A stretch of 63,917 nucleotides of DNA, filler included, from Psammoneis japonica (lineage: Eukaryota), in assembly GCA_008632985.1 (NCBI GenBank). It is 3 parts of 3 records of this genome, joined end to end, with 100 filler letters (N's around TTAATTAATTAA, not from the genome) between each part and the next. Parts side by side here need not be neighbours in the genome. Positions count along the whole stretch, not along the records: positions 27,046 to 54,433 come from QPGO01000415.1; 2 more parts are not named here. One strand, 5' to 3'. The notes beneath the pieces are model-generated. The model made no database searches, had not been told where the DNA came from, and saw nothing but the letters and a program-made list of their open reading frames with translations. This document shows, one piece after another, positions 40,220-51,700 of the stretch. The position numbers and the translations under genes were made by a program. How positions within the stretch are numbered: the first letter of the stretch is position 1; every line of letters begins with the position of its first letter.

Positions 40220-41765
40220 TCAACCAAAACACGTTGTCAAAATGTTTGGACACTGCACATGTAGATGCATGTCTGTTGGATGTTGTCACTTGGGAGTGAC
40301 ACCGCCTGCTCGTGGGTCAGGTGTGGGGCAAACTCAGTCATTGCCACATGACTTTGTCGTTTGCGCAGCACCTTGCACAGTGTGGCATGCATGCAGGCAG
40401 CACTTGTTTCCACAGCTGTTCCAGCAAGTGCACTGTGCGCCACTTAAGATGTTTTTTGCTTGCTCGCATGCTTTTTTTCTGTGTTTTCTTTGAGTTGCAG
40501 GGGTGGAGCTGGGTGCTCAACATCTTGCACCATGCGCCGACGTCCACGTTGCTCCGGAATCAGTGGCACCAGATGCACCGACACACCGGCAAGTGTGTGT
40601 TGCGGCTCATGCCAGTGCACTCACATTGTGCTCTCACAATGTGCTCTGTGCTTTTTGGCAATGCATGAGATGGAACAGAGAAGCAACAGCGCTTCTGCTG
40701 CAAGCTTGCCTGCTCCAGAATCAGTGGCATTGGATGCACTTGTGTGTCCATGTTGCCACTCCCATGGGTCATGTTGGCTCATCTGTGCAAATGCTCTCAC
40801 AATGTGTTTTGCTCTGATTGGCAATGAATGAGGTGGAACAGAGCAATGGCACTTCAAACACTGAAGCAGCAGCTCCTGCCACAAACAAGTCTGTTCTAGA
40901 ATCAGCAGTGCCGGGTGCACCTGTCAACCTGTGCATGCAAGTGCAAGCCTTGGTGGACTGTGGAGGGCAGTGATGCCATTTAACTCCCACACCAGTGTCG
41001 ACTGGAGTGCTGTCAGCAGCACCTCCGCTGGGCTTGTGTCTCTGGATGACAAGCCTCAGGCATCATGGTGTCATCCCCGTGTGATGGGTTCCAGCCCCAG
41101 GCGGGACTTTTTGTGACATTGGGCCTGCAGAATTCTGCGTGCGAGCTCTACAGTGAAATCATCAAGCAATGGACACATCAATGATCACCAACAGAAAAAG
41201 CGGCAATTTTGCAAACGCATCTCCTCCTGCACACTTGAAGTGCATTCTTCACAGTGTGCCCGGGTGTGTTTGAACAAATGCTGACACACTGTCACGAATG
41301 TGGGCAGTTCATGCACTGTTGGTGATTGGTCCACTGTTGCTTGTTCAGTGGCCCCAGCAGCGCAACATCTCACAATTCTGGAACCTGTTGATGATGTTCA
41401 ACACTCTGTCTTGTCTTGCACCCAATTCTCAGCCATCATGGCAGCATTCATTCACTTTGTCAGAGCCAATGCACTGTGATGTTCATTGCCTGGAATGGGC
41501 ATCGCGAACGGTGTGACGGCATCATTGCGATCGATCGATTTTTGCAGCAAGCGCCATGTTGGTCCCATGGTTGCTCACGCAATCCTTGAGTCCTTTGCAC
41601 ACATCAACACTCATGGACATGAATGATGTGCTGGGACGTTGGTGGGCGCAATGTTTGATCATGTGGATGGAATGTGTTGGATGGGGCACGCAAACATTTG
41701 CGACAAAGACAACACAATGGTTTGTGTGTTGAGGTCTGTTTTTTTTGCTGTGTGCATTTGATTGA

Positions 41766-42288
41766 CACGGGATCCACGGGTGCACCCGGGAATTGCAGGA
41801 TGAAAGGGGAAAGGGGCAAATGGGAATGGTGGGAAAGTGAGGGGCTGTCATTGTGCCTCAAGGGTCCCTTTGGTGAGCCGAACACGCATGTTTCTCATCT
41901 GACCATCACAGGTCCGTCTTGTGGGGGGTGTCAAAATTTTGTGACGGGACGCGCCTTGAGGATCAATGGCCACATGACATGTGTGGCTATGAAGGTCATA
42001 TAAAGTTGAAAATTCACTTTTTCATGTGTGTCGTTTTCAGATTTATGTGACATTGATGGTCTGGTGAAACACACAAAATTGTTTCTCGAGACCGCGTCTG
42101 CTCTCACAATTTAACAACCCCCGAAAGGATGGACCTGCGAGGGTCAAATCGGCAACAAGCGTGTTTGGCTGACTAAAGGGTCCCTCAAGGTAAAACAACA
42201 GCATGTCACTTTTCCACCATTCACATTTGCCCCTTTCCCTTTCATCCCGCATTTCGCAGATTCCCCTGGTGCATCCACGGATCCCATG
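41766..42288. mobile_element. Same MITE, copy 2
   Basis: Flanks TTGA (41762-41765) and intact TTAA (42289-42292). Confidence 0.85.
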
Positions 42289-42389
42289 TTAATTGTACAT
42301 AGCTTGATAACCACGGTACTGTACAGCAACGTACAGTAAGAGAAAAACTTTGAATGCTATGTTAACGGTGACTACTGTACATGAAACAT

Positions 42390-43456
42390 TTACATGGCGA
42401 TGCCAAGGCCATACTTGAAGGACGACAAGTCGGTGGGCGAAACAGAGCCACTGGCCGTCAGTGTTACCTTGGATGCAACGTCTTTGACAAGACTCGCAGA
42501 AACAATGCCACTGCCATTGACCTTGGCCTTGATCACACCAAATGGAGCCGAGTATGCTCCACCAATAGCCAAGACGTCGCAAACCTTGTCCGAAGAGTGG
42601 GTGGTGGAAGAGCCAATCTTCAAGGTTGGAGTGGCGTTATAAACAAAGCCTAGGTTGACCTGAGAGAGTTTGGAGGCGGTGGTGATACTTGCAACAACAG
42701 GGCCCGTGCTGTAACTAGCACCAAGGTTGAAAGCAGTGACTCCCGATTTGCCTGACAAGGCATAAGTTCCCTGACCACCAAACACAAAGCCTTTGAGCCC
42801 GTACGCAACAGAGGTGCTAACTCTCGACAAGTCCTTGACGTCAACAACTCCGGTAGCATATAGCGCACCGGTGGTGTAGTCAACACCCAAGTCGGCACCC
42901 CTGTTTCCCTTAAAGTGAACTGTTACGCCTTTGCATGGGCGGATAGAAGTTTCCAACACATGTCCTCCATCTGCCGTCATCTGGGCCTTGTCGACACTCA
43001 ATCCAGAGTAAGCAAACTTTGTGCCAATCTTGGAAGAAAGAGCTCCTCCGCTACCGCGATCAGTCTCAATTGTGACCGCAACCGGACCCGCAGCCTTCTT
43101 ACACTTGAGGTTAACCTTGGTAGAATAGTCATCAACCAAAAGGTCTAATAAACAACAACAACGCAGACGAAAATGTGAGCAAAACTTCTACTTCACAAAT
43201 GATCAAATGATTGCAATGGGAATCAAATATGCGTATGTAGCGCTTTCAGCAAGCTACCTCAGAACTGTTCGTGTGACTTCGAGTATGGTCTCTCGTAGAA
43301 AAGAACAAAAGAGTGCACGAACTTCTTGCGATCAAATTTTGCTTTTTTCTCTTCGCGCGATCAGGACATGATCTCATTCTCTAGCAATAATCAACCATCG
43401 ACATAACTTGACTTACTCTTTGGTGCCTTCGCAATGTCTACAAACTTGGTGGCCAT
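42390..43456 (-). CDS. VDAC: Mitochondrial porin / voltage-dependent anion channel, 264 aa; exons 43456-43417 and 43144-42390
   Basis: Spliced N-terminus MATKFVDIAKAPKNLLVDDY; alternating beta-strand pattern; KAKVNGSGIVS and C-terminal beta-signal FKYGLGIAM; GTAAGT...TAG intron of 272 nt keeps the frame. Confidence 0.93.
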
Positions 43457-44476
43457 GGTGAAATCGTCGGACGTGAACTTGTGGTCAACAAACAACAGGA
43501 AAACAACGCAAAAAATGCCGAGCTTCGATTGACATTCTGATGCTTGCGTCACAAGAATGAGGCTGACGTATGCTATGTCCAATATTAAAAAATTATTCGC
43601 TTCCTAATATGATTCTATGTACCCTCTAGCCGTAACCTTTTGCCTCCACTTTGAATTCTGACAATGACACTCTCATAACCCGACTAATAACCATTTATTA
43701 CCCGTGGCCCGTGGGCGGTAAGCTTAGGTCGTAGGGCCCTACCGTACGGTATGATGTAGTCTACTCTCTAATCTACTCTACTCTAGCTAGTAGCTAGCCC
43801 TCTAGAGCTAGAGAGTATGTAGAAAGCTTTAGCCCTCTCGAAAAGTAGAGCAGAGTACTTCTACGTGGCTAGCCAGCAGCCATGAGCCTCCAGTCTATCT
43901 GTCTGGCTTTGGCTTGCTTTGTGCCCGTACCCTACGTACTGGCAGCGAAAACAACATCGCTCTAGCGAAAATCTCTCCCTCTAGCTAGGCTAGAGAGAGA
44001 TATGTCGTTTCAAGTGGTCGGCACCTCCAGAGGAATAGCCACATAAGAAAAACACAACGCGGTGCGGCAACAGAGCATTTTCCTTTGATTTTGGATCTCT
44101 TCTGAAGTGGCCTGCAGAGCTTTTCTCTATGATTCTATAATGCTGTAGTTGGCGATATGAGCGTCAAGGATCTATAGTCCAACTTCGTGTGTCTCATCTT
44201 CAATACAAGTAGACGATCGATTCAGAATGAATCTCGAGGAAATTCGAAATACGCAGCTTGTACCGTACAACGGAATACGAGCCATAGGTCATAATTGAGT
44301 TGAATTCAAACAGTAAATCGTAAATTTTTTACATCTCCGCGAGCCACCTGACGCACACAAAACCAATAACCTCAACTCTCAGGCGGGTTGTTTGAAACCG
44401 TCAAGCCGGAAGAAACACACTTTTTGAGACGACAATCTTACGAGGGAGCGCCGTGCCATCCACGTTCCTCTCTAGA

Positions 44477-44964
44477 CTATGCAGTTCTCAAAGGCGGCGA
44501 TACCAGTACCACAATATCCCCCCGTACGAAAAGCATCCCCACCTTTCGTGTTGCCTTTTTTACGATTTCCTCTTCCGTTTCTGCATCTATTTCGGTGGTT
44601 GTAAGCGTTTCCTCTACATCTCCCAGAACTAAGTTTAGATGTTGGTCGTAAGCCTAAGGGGAGAAAGCGACAGACAGGCGGATATGAGTTTTGAGATGCA
44701 CACGAGAAAACCCTCAAAACGCGAGGCAAAAACAAAAGATTTTCATTGGATGAATCAAATGGCATGATCGACAGCTACAACACCTGTCTCTAGAGCTGGC
44801 TCCGAAGATTATGCACTAGAAAGAACCAACGAATCATAAGCACACCTGTTTGCCGTCAATCATTTACTTACGTGCAATTTTCCTCGCAACTCACGATCAT
44901 TTCGGCATTTCACATACACACGTTCGTCGATAGAAAGTCGAATTAGATCCAAAGGTTCCTCCAT
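44477..44964 (-). CDS. LSM3: U6 snRNA-associated Sm-like protein LSm3, 89 aa; exons 44964-44872 and 44653-44477 (not in the ORF track)
   Basis: Hand translation: [89 protein letters not shown]; phase-0 GTAAGT...TAG intron of 218 nt. Confidence 0.96.
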
Positions 44965-45542
44965 CCTTTAAATGCGTTTACTTCCCAGGCTTTGAGTCTG
45001 TGTGGTGCGGCTAGGTTAGGTATGCTGTTGTTGGTGCTTTTGTCTGTTGTAGCGGTTTGTGTTTTGTGTGAATCACTCCGACAGCTACGCTGTTTTGGTA
45101 AAAAGAAATTGATCTGATACTACCATGATCACGTAGAACCATACATGTATCTTACGAGGTCTCTCTTCAAGTATCAAGCCCGCGCCGCCGGCAGCTATCA
45201 TTGTACTTCGGCTCTCTCTGTTTCAATGGAGGAACAGTACCAAAGGGCGGCGAGGATGAAGGTCAGGGGCGCTGCGATTATAAGTTCGTGTTCCGAAGCG
45301 TACCTGTACGCCTCTGACACCTACACGCGTACTTTTGAAGTGGCACAGCGCTTTGGTGTGTTATGGGGATGTGAACAAGTTTCAACACGTTTGATCCCAG
45401 AGCGAGGAAGCAACAATAAGCGTCGCCTACGTAGTAAGCAACGTATGCCAGAAGCACGATGGGGAATGGTCTGCAACATGGATTTGCTGTGAGCTTTCTT
45501 GCACTATCCCTTTTACTCTATCATAACACGATGTACGCGTAC

Positions 45543-46740
45543 TCAATACAAAGGCCCAAGGATCAAACGAGGATCGGGGTATGTAACTAGCGCTTCAGGT
45601 CGATCCGCCATCGAAACTGCACCCGGCATGTCATGAGTTTCTGGTGCTTTAGTTGAAAGCTGGAAATGCACATGTGGGAACATCCTTTTGAAGAAAAAAG
45701 TGACAGGCGGCGCGTGCATCAGTGAGGGATATGAGAGCATGCATTTGTGCACGAGTTGGATTTCATTCTTACCAGCCTCCATTTTCGTGAATATCTCCTA
45801 CCCTCCCTATCACTTGACCTTTCTTTACGTGACCCCCGACTTTCTTTCGTTTGATGCTCTTTGAATCTAAGTGACCATACAAAGCCCATATCTTGCAAGG
45901 AGAGGAATCTTTCGATTCCTGCTCTGCTCTAGTTTCGTTCGAGCAAGCCCCATTCAAATCGTGCTCGATAACAACAACGTTGCCATAGTCCCCAAGCTCG
46001 CTGTTGTATCCAGCTGAATGAATGGTCCCAGCACTAAAGGCATATACTTTTGTCCCCACAGGCCCGTCCAAGTCAATTCCAACATGAAGTGTTCGTGCAC
46101 CGTTGCTGGAGCCATCAACGCTATTGCTGTTTTCGCGGAAGATGTCTGATGCATAAAGGTTAACTCGATTCTCGTCGTACCTTCCAATAGCGAATTTTCC
46201 TTTCGGTTTTTCCTTTCGATGCCAAAACTTCCGACGCTTCACTTCTTCCCGTTTTGCATCACGTTGTTCCTCTGTTGCCAATTGGATCGATCCAGAAGTC
46301 TTGGTATGATCCAATACTTCAATGTCAACGGCCCCTTCACTCTGATCAGAATTCTTACTGGGAAATTTGACAACAGGATGAAACGCTTGTCTAGCTTCTT
46401 CAGTGATACCTAGTGGATTCGGGTAGTCGGAGTATGGTCCAGTCAACTCCTGAGGAATATGAAAGCCGTTGTAGTAAGTCACGTTTTCGACAGTCGATGC
46501 GCTTTCTATGGGAGTATCAGGAGTCTGAAAGCTAGAAGTGTCACTGTTGGTGGCAAGTGAGGTCAACAGCAGAATGATACTCAAGATCAAAACAAGCTGT
46601 AGCTTGTTAAGGCCAGGGGATATTCTTGCTGGTGATGATTCGCTCGCGCTCCCAAGACCCAAGCCGTGCTCGATATGTACAGCTGCCTTTGCTTTCGCTC
46701 GAGCTGCTTCACGCTTATTCTTCTTTGTTTGTTTCGCCAT
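45543..46740 (-). CDS. M23-family zinc metallopeptidase with N-terminal membrane anchor, 369 aa; exons 46740-45773 and 45684-45543
   Basis: HVGIDL (HxxxD), YGNVVVIEH, LYGHL, VKKGQVIGRVG and PHVHFQ (HxH); hydrophobic LVLILSIILLLTSLA; 88-nt GT-AG intron restores GGW|MFPH. Confidence 0.9.
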
Positions 46741-47144
46741 TCTGAATGCTCCACCGCGCCTGTAAGGTGGCGACAAGCAAGGAGACGATACGAAGGAAAA
46801 ACAAGGCAAGCGGAACACAAACAGGCAATGGCAGCAATGATCCCACTCCCGGCTTGGGAGGTCTGTGCAATGATCCGTCCCGATGATGAGTGATGCGCGC
46901 TCCGGATGCGCATAGTAGGCCCTACAGACCATCACCGTGTGGTGACACGTGACACCGCGGGGAAATTGATCAAATCTCTCACTGCCGGCGATGGTGACAA
47001 TTGCGTTGCTTCAACAGGTGTCTCAACCATCATCATTTTCTGGACATTTACAACCATTGCTCCATCAGACTGTGTGTTACACCATTGTAAAAGTCCAGTC
47101 GGAGACAAGCATTGCGGCGAGATTTTTTGAAACACGCCGTCCAT

Positions 47145-48158
47145 GCGCGATTGTGCGCAACGAAAATGGACAGAAAAGCCAGGGTCAACCAACTGCAAAG
47201 TTTTTTTCTGCAGCAATCAGATTGCAATCAGTTGATTGCATTGCTGTGGAACAGCAATTGGTCAATTGCAATCGCGCAGCGATTGCGCGGTCTGACGAAC
47301 AGGTTGCAATCGCAGCTGCAACCACCCCGCCGGCCAGGCGCGCCCCCCGCAGAAAAGCCCACCACAGGCGAAGAAATTGAGCTGTTTTGCTGATTTTGGC
47401 TAAAAAAAAGAGCTCGAATTTTGATTGGCTGATTGCAATCGCAGTCGCAAACTCGACTGCAATGACCTGATTGTCGGGAAAGAGCCGAGGTCGCAATCAC
47501 AGTCGACTGTTGCAATCAATTGCAATCGAAATTCGAGCTCTTTTTTTAGCCAAAATCAGTGAAATGGCTCGATTTCTTTGCCTGCCGGCGGGCTTTTCTC
47601 CTGCGCGGAGTGCGCTCTTTCGCAGAGAGCACCCCTGCGCGGGGGGCGCACCTGGCCGGCGGGGCGATTGCCAATCACAATGGGAGTCATTCGAAAATGT
47701 CTCATGGGTCATGATCAATGTTTTGCATGAGGAAAAACACAAAATTGTGTGGAAATGCACACAATGTCATGTGAGAGAGTGATTGGAGCTGGTGACTTTT
47801 TGGGAACTGAGTTGTGGTGCCATCTGGTTGACGGCGTTGGCCTTCACTGTGTGAATCAAAATGTCGTCAATCAGACAGCATTTCAATTGATTTCCCGAGA
47901 AGTTGACATTTGCACACAGATGGACAGACTGACTGACAACAATTGTTTTTAGCACTCTCCTGCACAATTTCTGCGTGATGACTCTCAGGACCTGAATGAT
48001 TCCTGTTGGATTGCAATCTGTTCGTCAGACCGCGCAGCCAACCAATTGCTGTTCCACAGCGATGCAATCATCTGATTGCAATCTGATTGCTGCAGAAAAC
48101 TTTGCAATTGGTTGACCCTGCTTTTTTCCATTTTCTGTCCATGCGCAATCACGTGTCA
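47145..48158. mobile_element. Foldback/MITE-like element with nested inverted repeats
   Basis: 47145-47310 is inverted at 48009-48158; 47324-47430 is inverted at about 47515-47665; repeated palindrome GATTGCAATC. Confidence 0.65.
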
Positions 48159-48747
48159 AAGAGCATGTGCAACACCAGACGGGCGGGACCGACGTGTGCG
48201 CGCACACGCAGACGGAATTGCACCATCCATCCATCCATCCATCCATCCATCAGTCCAGCCATGCATTGACCGTCAAGCAAGAATTTCATCACAAAACGTT
48301 CACAAAACAAGACAGTGCTCCGGGAGCGAAGAAGCAATGGTCCATGGCAAGGCACTGAGGAAGTGGGGAGATGGCGGAGACTGAGATGAGATGCGCAATG
48401 GCAGAGCCCTCCGACCAGGATGAAAGGCTTTCGTCTGACATGCGCTGTCATTGCCACACTTGCTTTGACTGTGAGCGAGCTTGCTTCTCAACAAACAGGT
48501 CTGAACGCAGATCAACAGTGCCCAGCCATGGTGGCATCAACAATCGCCATGGTGAAAAAGAACAGCAACAAAGGCTTTTCAACATTGGATGGTTGTGAAT
48601 CGAGGTGAATGGAAAATTTGTGACAGAAACACAGAGAAATCTGTGAGCGGGCACTTGCCACGACCGCGTGTGGCTCTTGGGGCCTGGCAGGTTTAGCGAC
48701 CATTCTTCTTGTTGTGTTTTTTGATGTGTTTTCAAAAAGCCACATCA

Positions 48748-51700
48748 TGGTGAATTTTTGCCAATCTCAAAGGTTCATCATGACCGGCAAAGCCGAGACC
48801 GTTGCTGTTGGAAATGGTGAATTAAAAGTTCAAACACCAAAATTAGACAGCGCGAAGAAGACGCATGCGTCAGCGCTCATGTGCTCCACGTGAGGCACTG
48901 AAACTGCCGATGGAAGCAGTCATCATTCTCTTTTGACTCTTAGAAAGCATTGTGACAACAAGCTTGTCTATTTTAGCCTCAGGATCAGACCTTGGAGGAC
49001 TGAGGTGGCTCTGGAACAGTCGCCAGAAGGACAAATTACAACAGTTAAAAGAGAACAATCCAGCTGAGAGCTGTGAAAAGAAAGCAAGAAAAGAAAAGAG
49101 TCATTCTCACGGTGTGTGAGACATTTTGCTGCTTTGCCTTCTTTGTCATGAGTGGAAGAGGCAGAGGCGGAACTGGCAACAGAAGCCAAGGAAGAGGACC
49201 CTCAGGAAGAAGGGGAAACAAGAGTGGCAAGCAAAGCCACAAGGGCATCAATGATTGTGCCCACCATGTTGGAAGTGCCAAGCAAGCATCTGATTTTCAG
49301 ATTGCCACTGAGTTCATCATCAACTACATTGGGAAGACTTGTGAGTTTGGAAATGACATTGCAGCTGCACTCAACACTTGCACTCCATGTGACATGAGTT
49401 CTAAGAAGCCGACTTTGCAGGTCAGCTTGACTGGAGATGACAAGGTGGACATGCCAAACAGCATGAAATTGAGTTCAAGACAGAATTTGATGCTCACATT
49501 AAGAGGACCCAAACTCATGAGAACAACCTTGTCAAGGCTCATGCTTTGCTCTGGGAGAGATGCTCCAAGGCCATGAAGAACAAGATTCAAGCAAGAACCG
49601 AGTTCCAAACCAAAATTGAAAACGATCCTGTCGAATTGCTCAAGGCCATTAAGGAGCATGCATTGAACTGCCAAGAGCACAGGTGTGACATGGCTGTCAT
49701 CTCAGATTCAATGAGAGCGGTGCTGGAAACCAAGCAGAAGGAGAAGGAGAGTCTCCAAGATTGCACCAAGAGATTCAGGGTTGCAAGGGACATCATGAAG
49801 TCTCACATTGGAGGACCAATTGTCCTCACCAAGGCAGTGCAAGGCATGTCAGAATGCAACGAGCACAATGCGGGTTCTGTCAAGAAGTGTCAAGAAAAGG
49901 CGTTCAGCCAATTGATGGGTTGCATGTGCTTGGAGAACGCAGACCAGTGCAAGTGCAGATCAATTCTAACAGGATTGAACACTCAGCAGTCCCTCAAGAA
50001 CGACCAACATCCCAAGTCCATTGCGGAAGCCAACACGGTGTTGAGCAACCACACTTTCGACTACGTTGGTCAGCCTGACAACCACCATGACAGGAACAAT
50101 CAAAACAGCAACTCTGACTCCAAGAAACAAGAAGAAAACCAAGAAATCACGCTGTCCTTCGCTCAGTTAGAAGGCAAGTGTTGCTGCTGTGGCAAGGCCG
50201 GACACAATTCCAGCAAGTGCTGGGAAAGGCAAGGAAAACCTCAAGCAGAATGGGCCGTCAACAAGGCCAAAGCCAAGCAAGAAGCAAGCAATGCTCAGGC
50301 AAGTGACGACACCAGTGTAGCCAACTCTTCTGCCAAGGAATCCACTGGAACAAAATCTGCTGTTTCAGGATGGGCTGGCACGCACATCGATGCATCTCTC
50401 TGCCAGGATCAATCTGGCAGCATGAGAGACTGGATTTCACTGGACAACCAGTCCACAACCACAATCTTCTGCAATGAGAAGCTTGTCACAGACATCCGTC
50501 CGTCGGATGAAGCCATGCGTTTGCACACCAACGGCGGAGTCCTGGTCACGACACAAGGCCACGGTGCCAGGGTTTGGCGAGACTTGGTTCAACCCAGATG
50601 CAATCACCAACATTTTTGCTTGCTCTGACATGAAGAAGAAACACAGAATCATGAGTGATTCTAAGCAAGACAACGCATTCACCGTTCATCTTCCCAACAA
50701 GAAGGTCAGGTTCAAGGAGGATGGAAAAGGGCTGCACGTTTACAAGCCCAAGACAAATGACACTGGAACTCAGCTCCAATTTGTGCAGAGTGTGGAAGAG
50801 AACAAGAAGTTCTACACTCCACAACAGTTCAAGAAAGCCAAGAGGGCCAGGGAATTGTTGCACGCGTTGGGAAAGCCAGCCGTGAATGATCTGAAGGCCA
50901 TCATTCGTGTGAACAGCATCAAGAACAATCCAGTCACAACGGAGGATGTAGATTTGGCCGAGAAGATTTTTGGACCAGACATTGGAAGTCTAGAAGGCAA
51001 GGTCACAAGGCAGAAGCCGGAGCCAATTGTGGAAGACTGCGTGGAGATCCCGAAGGAGCTCATTGCAGTGCAGCACAAGGTCACTCTTTGCCTGGACAGC
51101 CTCAAGGTGAATGGATTGCCATTCCTCACCACAGTGTCACGAAACATTTTTTATCGCACGGCACAACCGCTCAAGGACTTGACCCAACTAACTTGTCAAG
51201 AAGCTCTGGAAGATGTGCTGTGAGTCTACAACAAGGCCGATTTGAAGGTCACACGCATTCGTTGCGACAACGGATTCAGGCCCATTGGGAATGCACTAGA
51301 AGACAAATTTGATCTCAAGATGAACTGCACACATGCTCAAGAGCATGCCCCAGAAGCCGAAAGAAACAACCGAGTTGTTCAAGAACGTGCCAGGGCAGTC
51401 CATCATCAGCTGCCATTCAAGCATCTGCCAAAACTCATGGTCAAAGTCATGGTTGCCGAAGCTGCTAAGAAGCTCAATTATTTTCCAGCCAAGCACGGCG
51501 TTTCCTAACATTGCAGTCCAAGAATGATTCTCCATCAAAAGAATCTAGACTGTGACAAGAGCTGCAAGATCACGCTCGGCACTTGTGTGCAAGCTCACAA
51601 TGACCCGGACCCCAAGAACACCCAAGAGTCGTCACGGACCTTGGATTGCATTTATTTGCGCCCCACCGACAGCAACCAGATTGGACATGAGTTGCTGCAC

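Larger units (their letters stand above)
38320..42292 (+). repeat. About 2.07-kb tandem segmental duplication
   Basis: Identical 61-aa ORFs at 38862 and 40931 (offset 2069); each copy ends with the same MITE. Confidence 0.92.

Noticed and set aside
45543..46935. Bacterial contamination for the M23 gene, and the 388-aa ORF start at 46935
   Set aside because: The gene has a GT-AG intron and is contiguous with LSm3 and VDAC. The upstream extension begins at the repeat boundary; ATG 46740 is more plausible.
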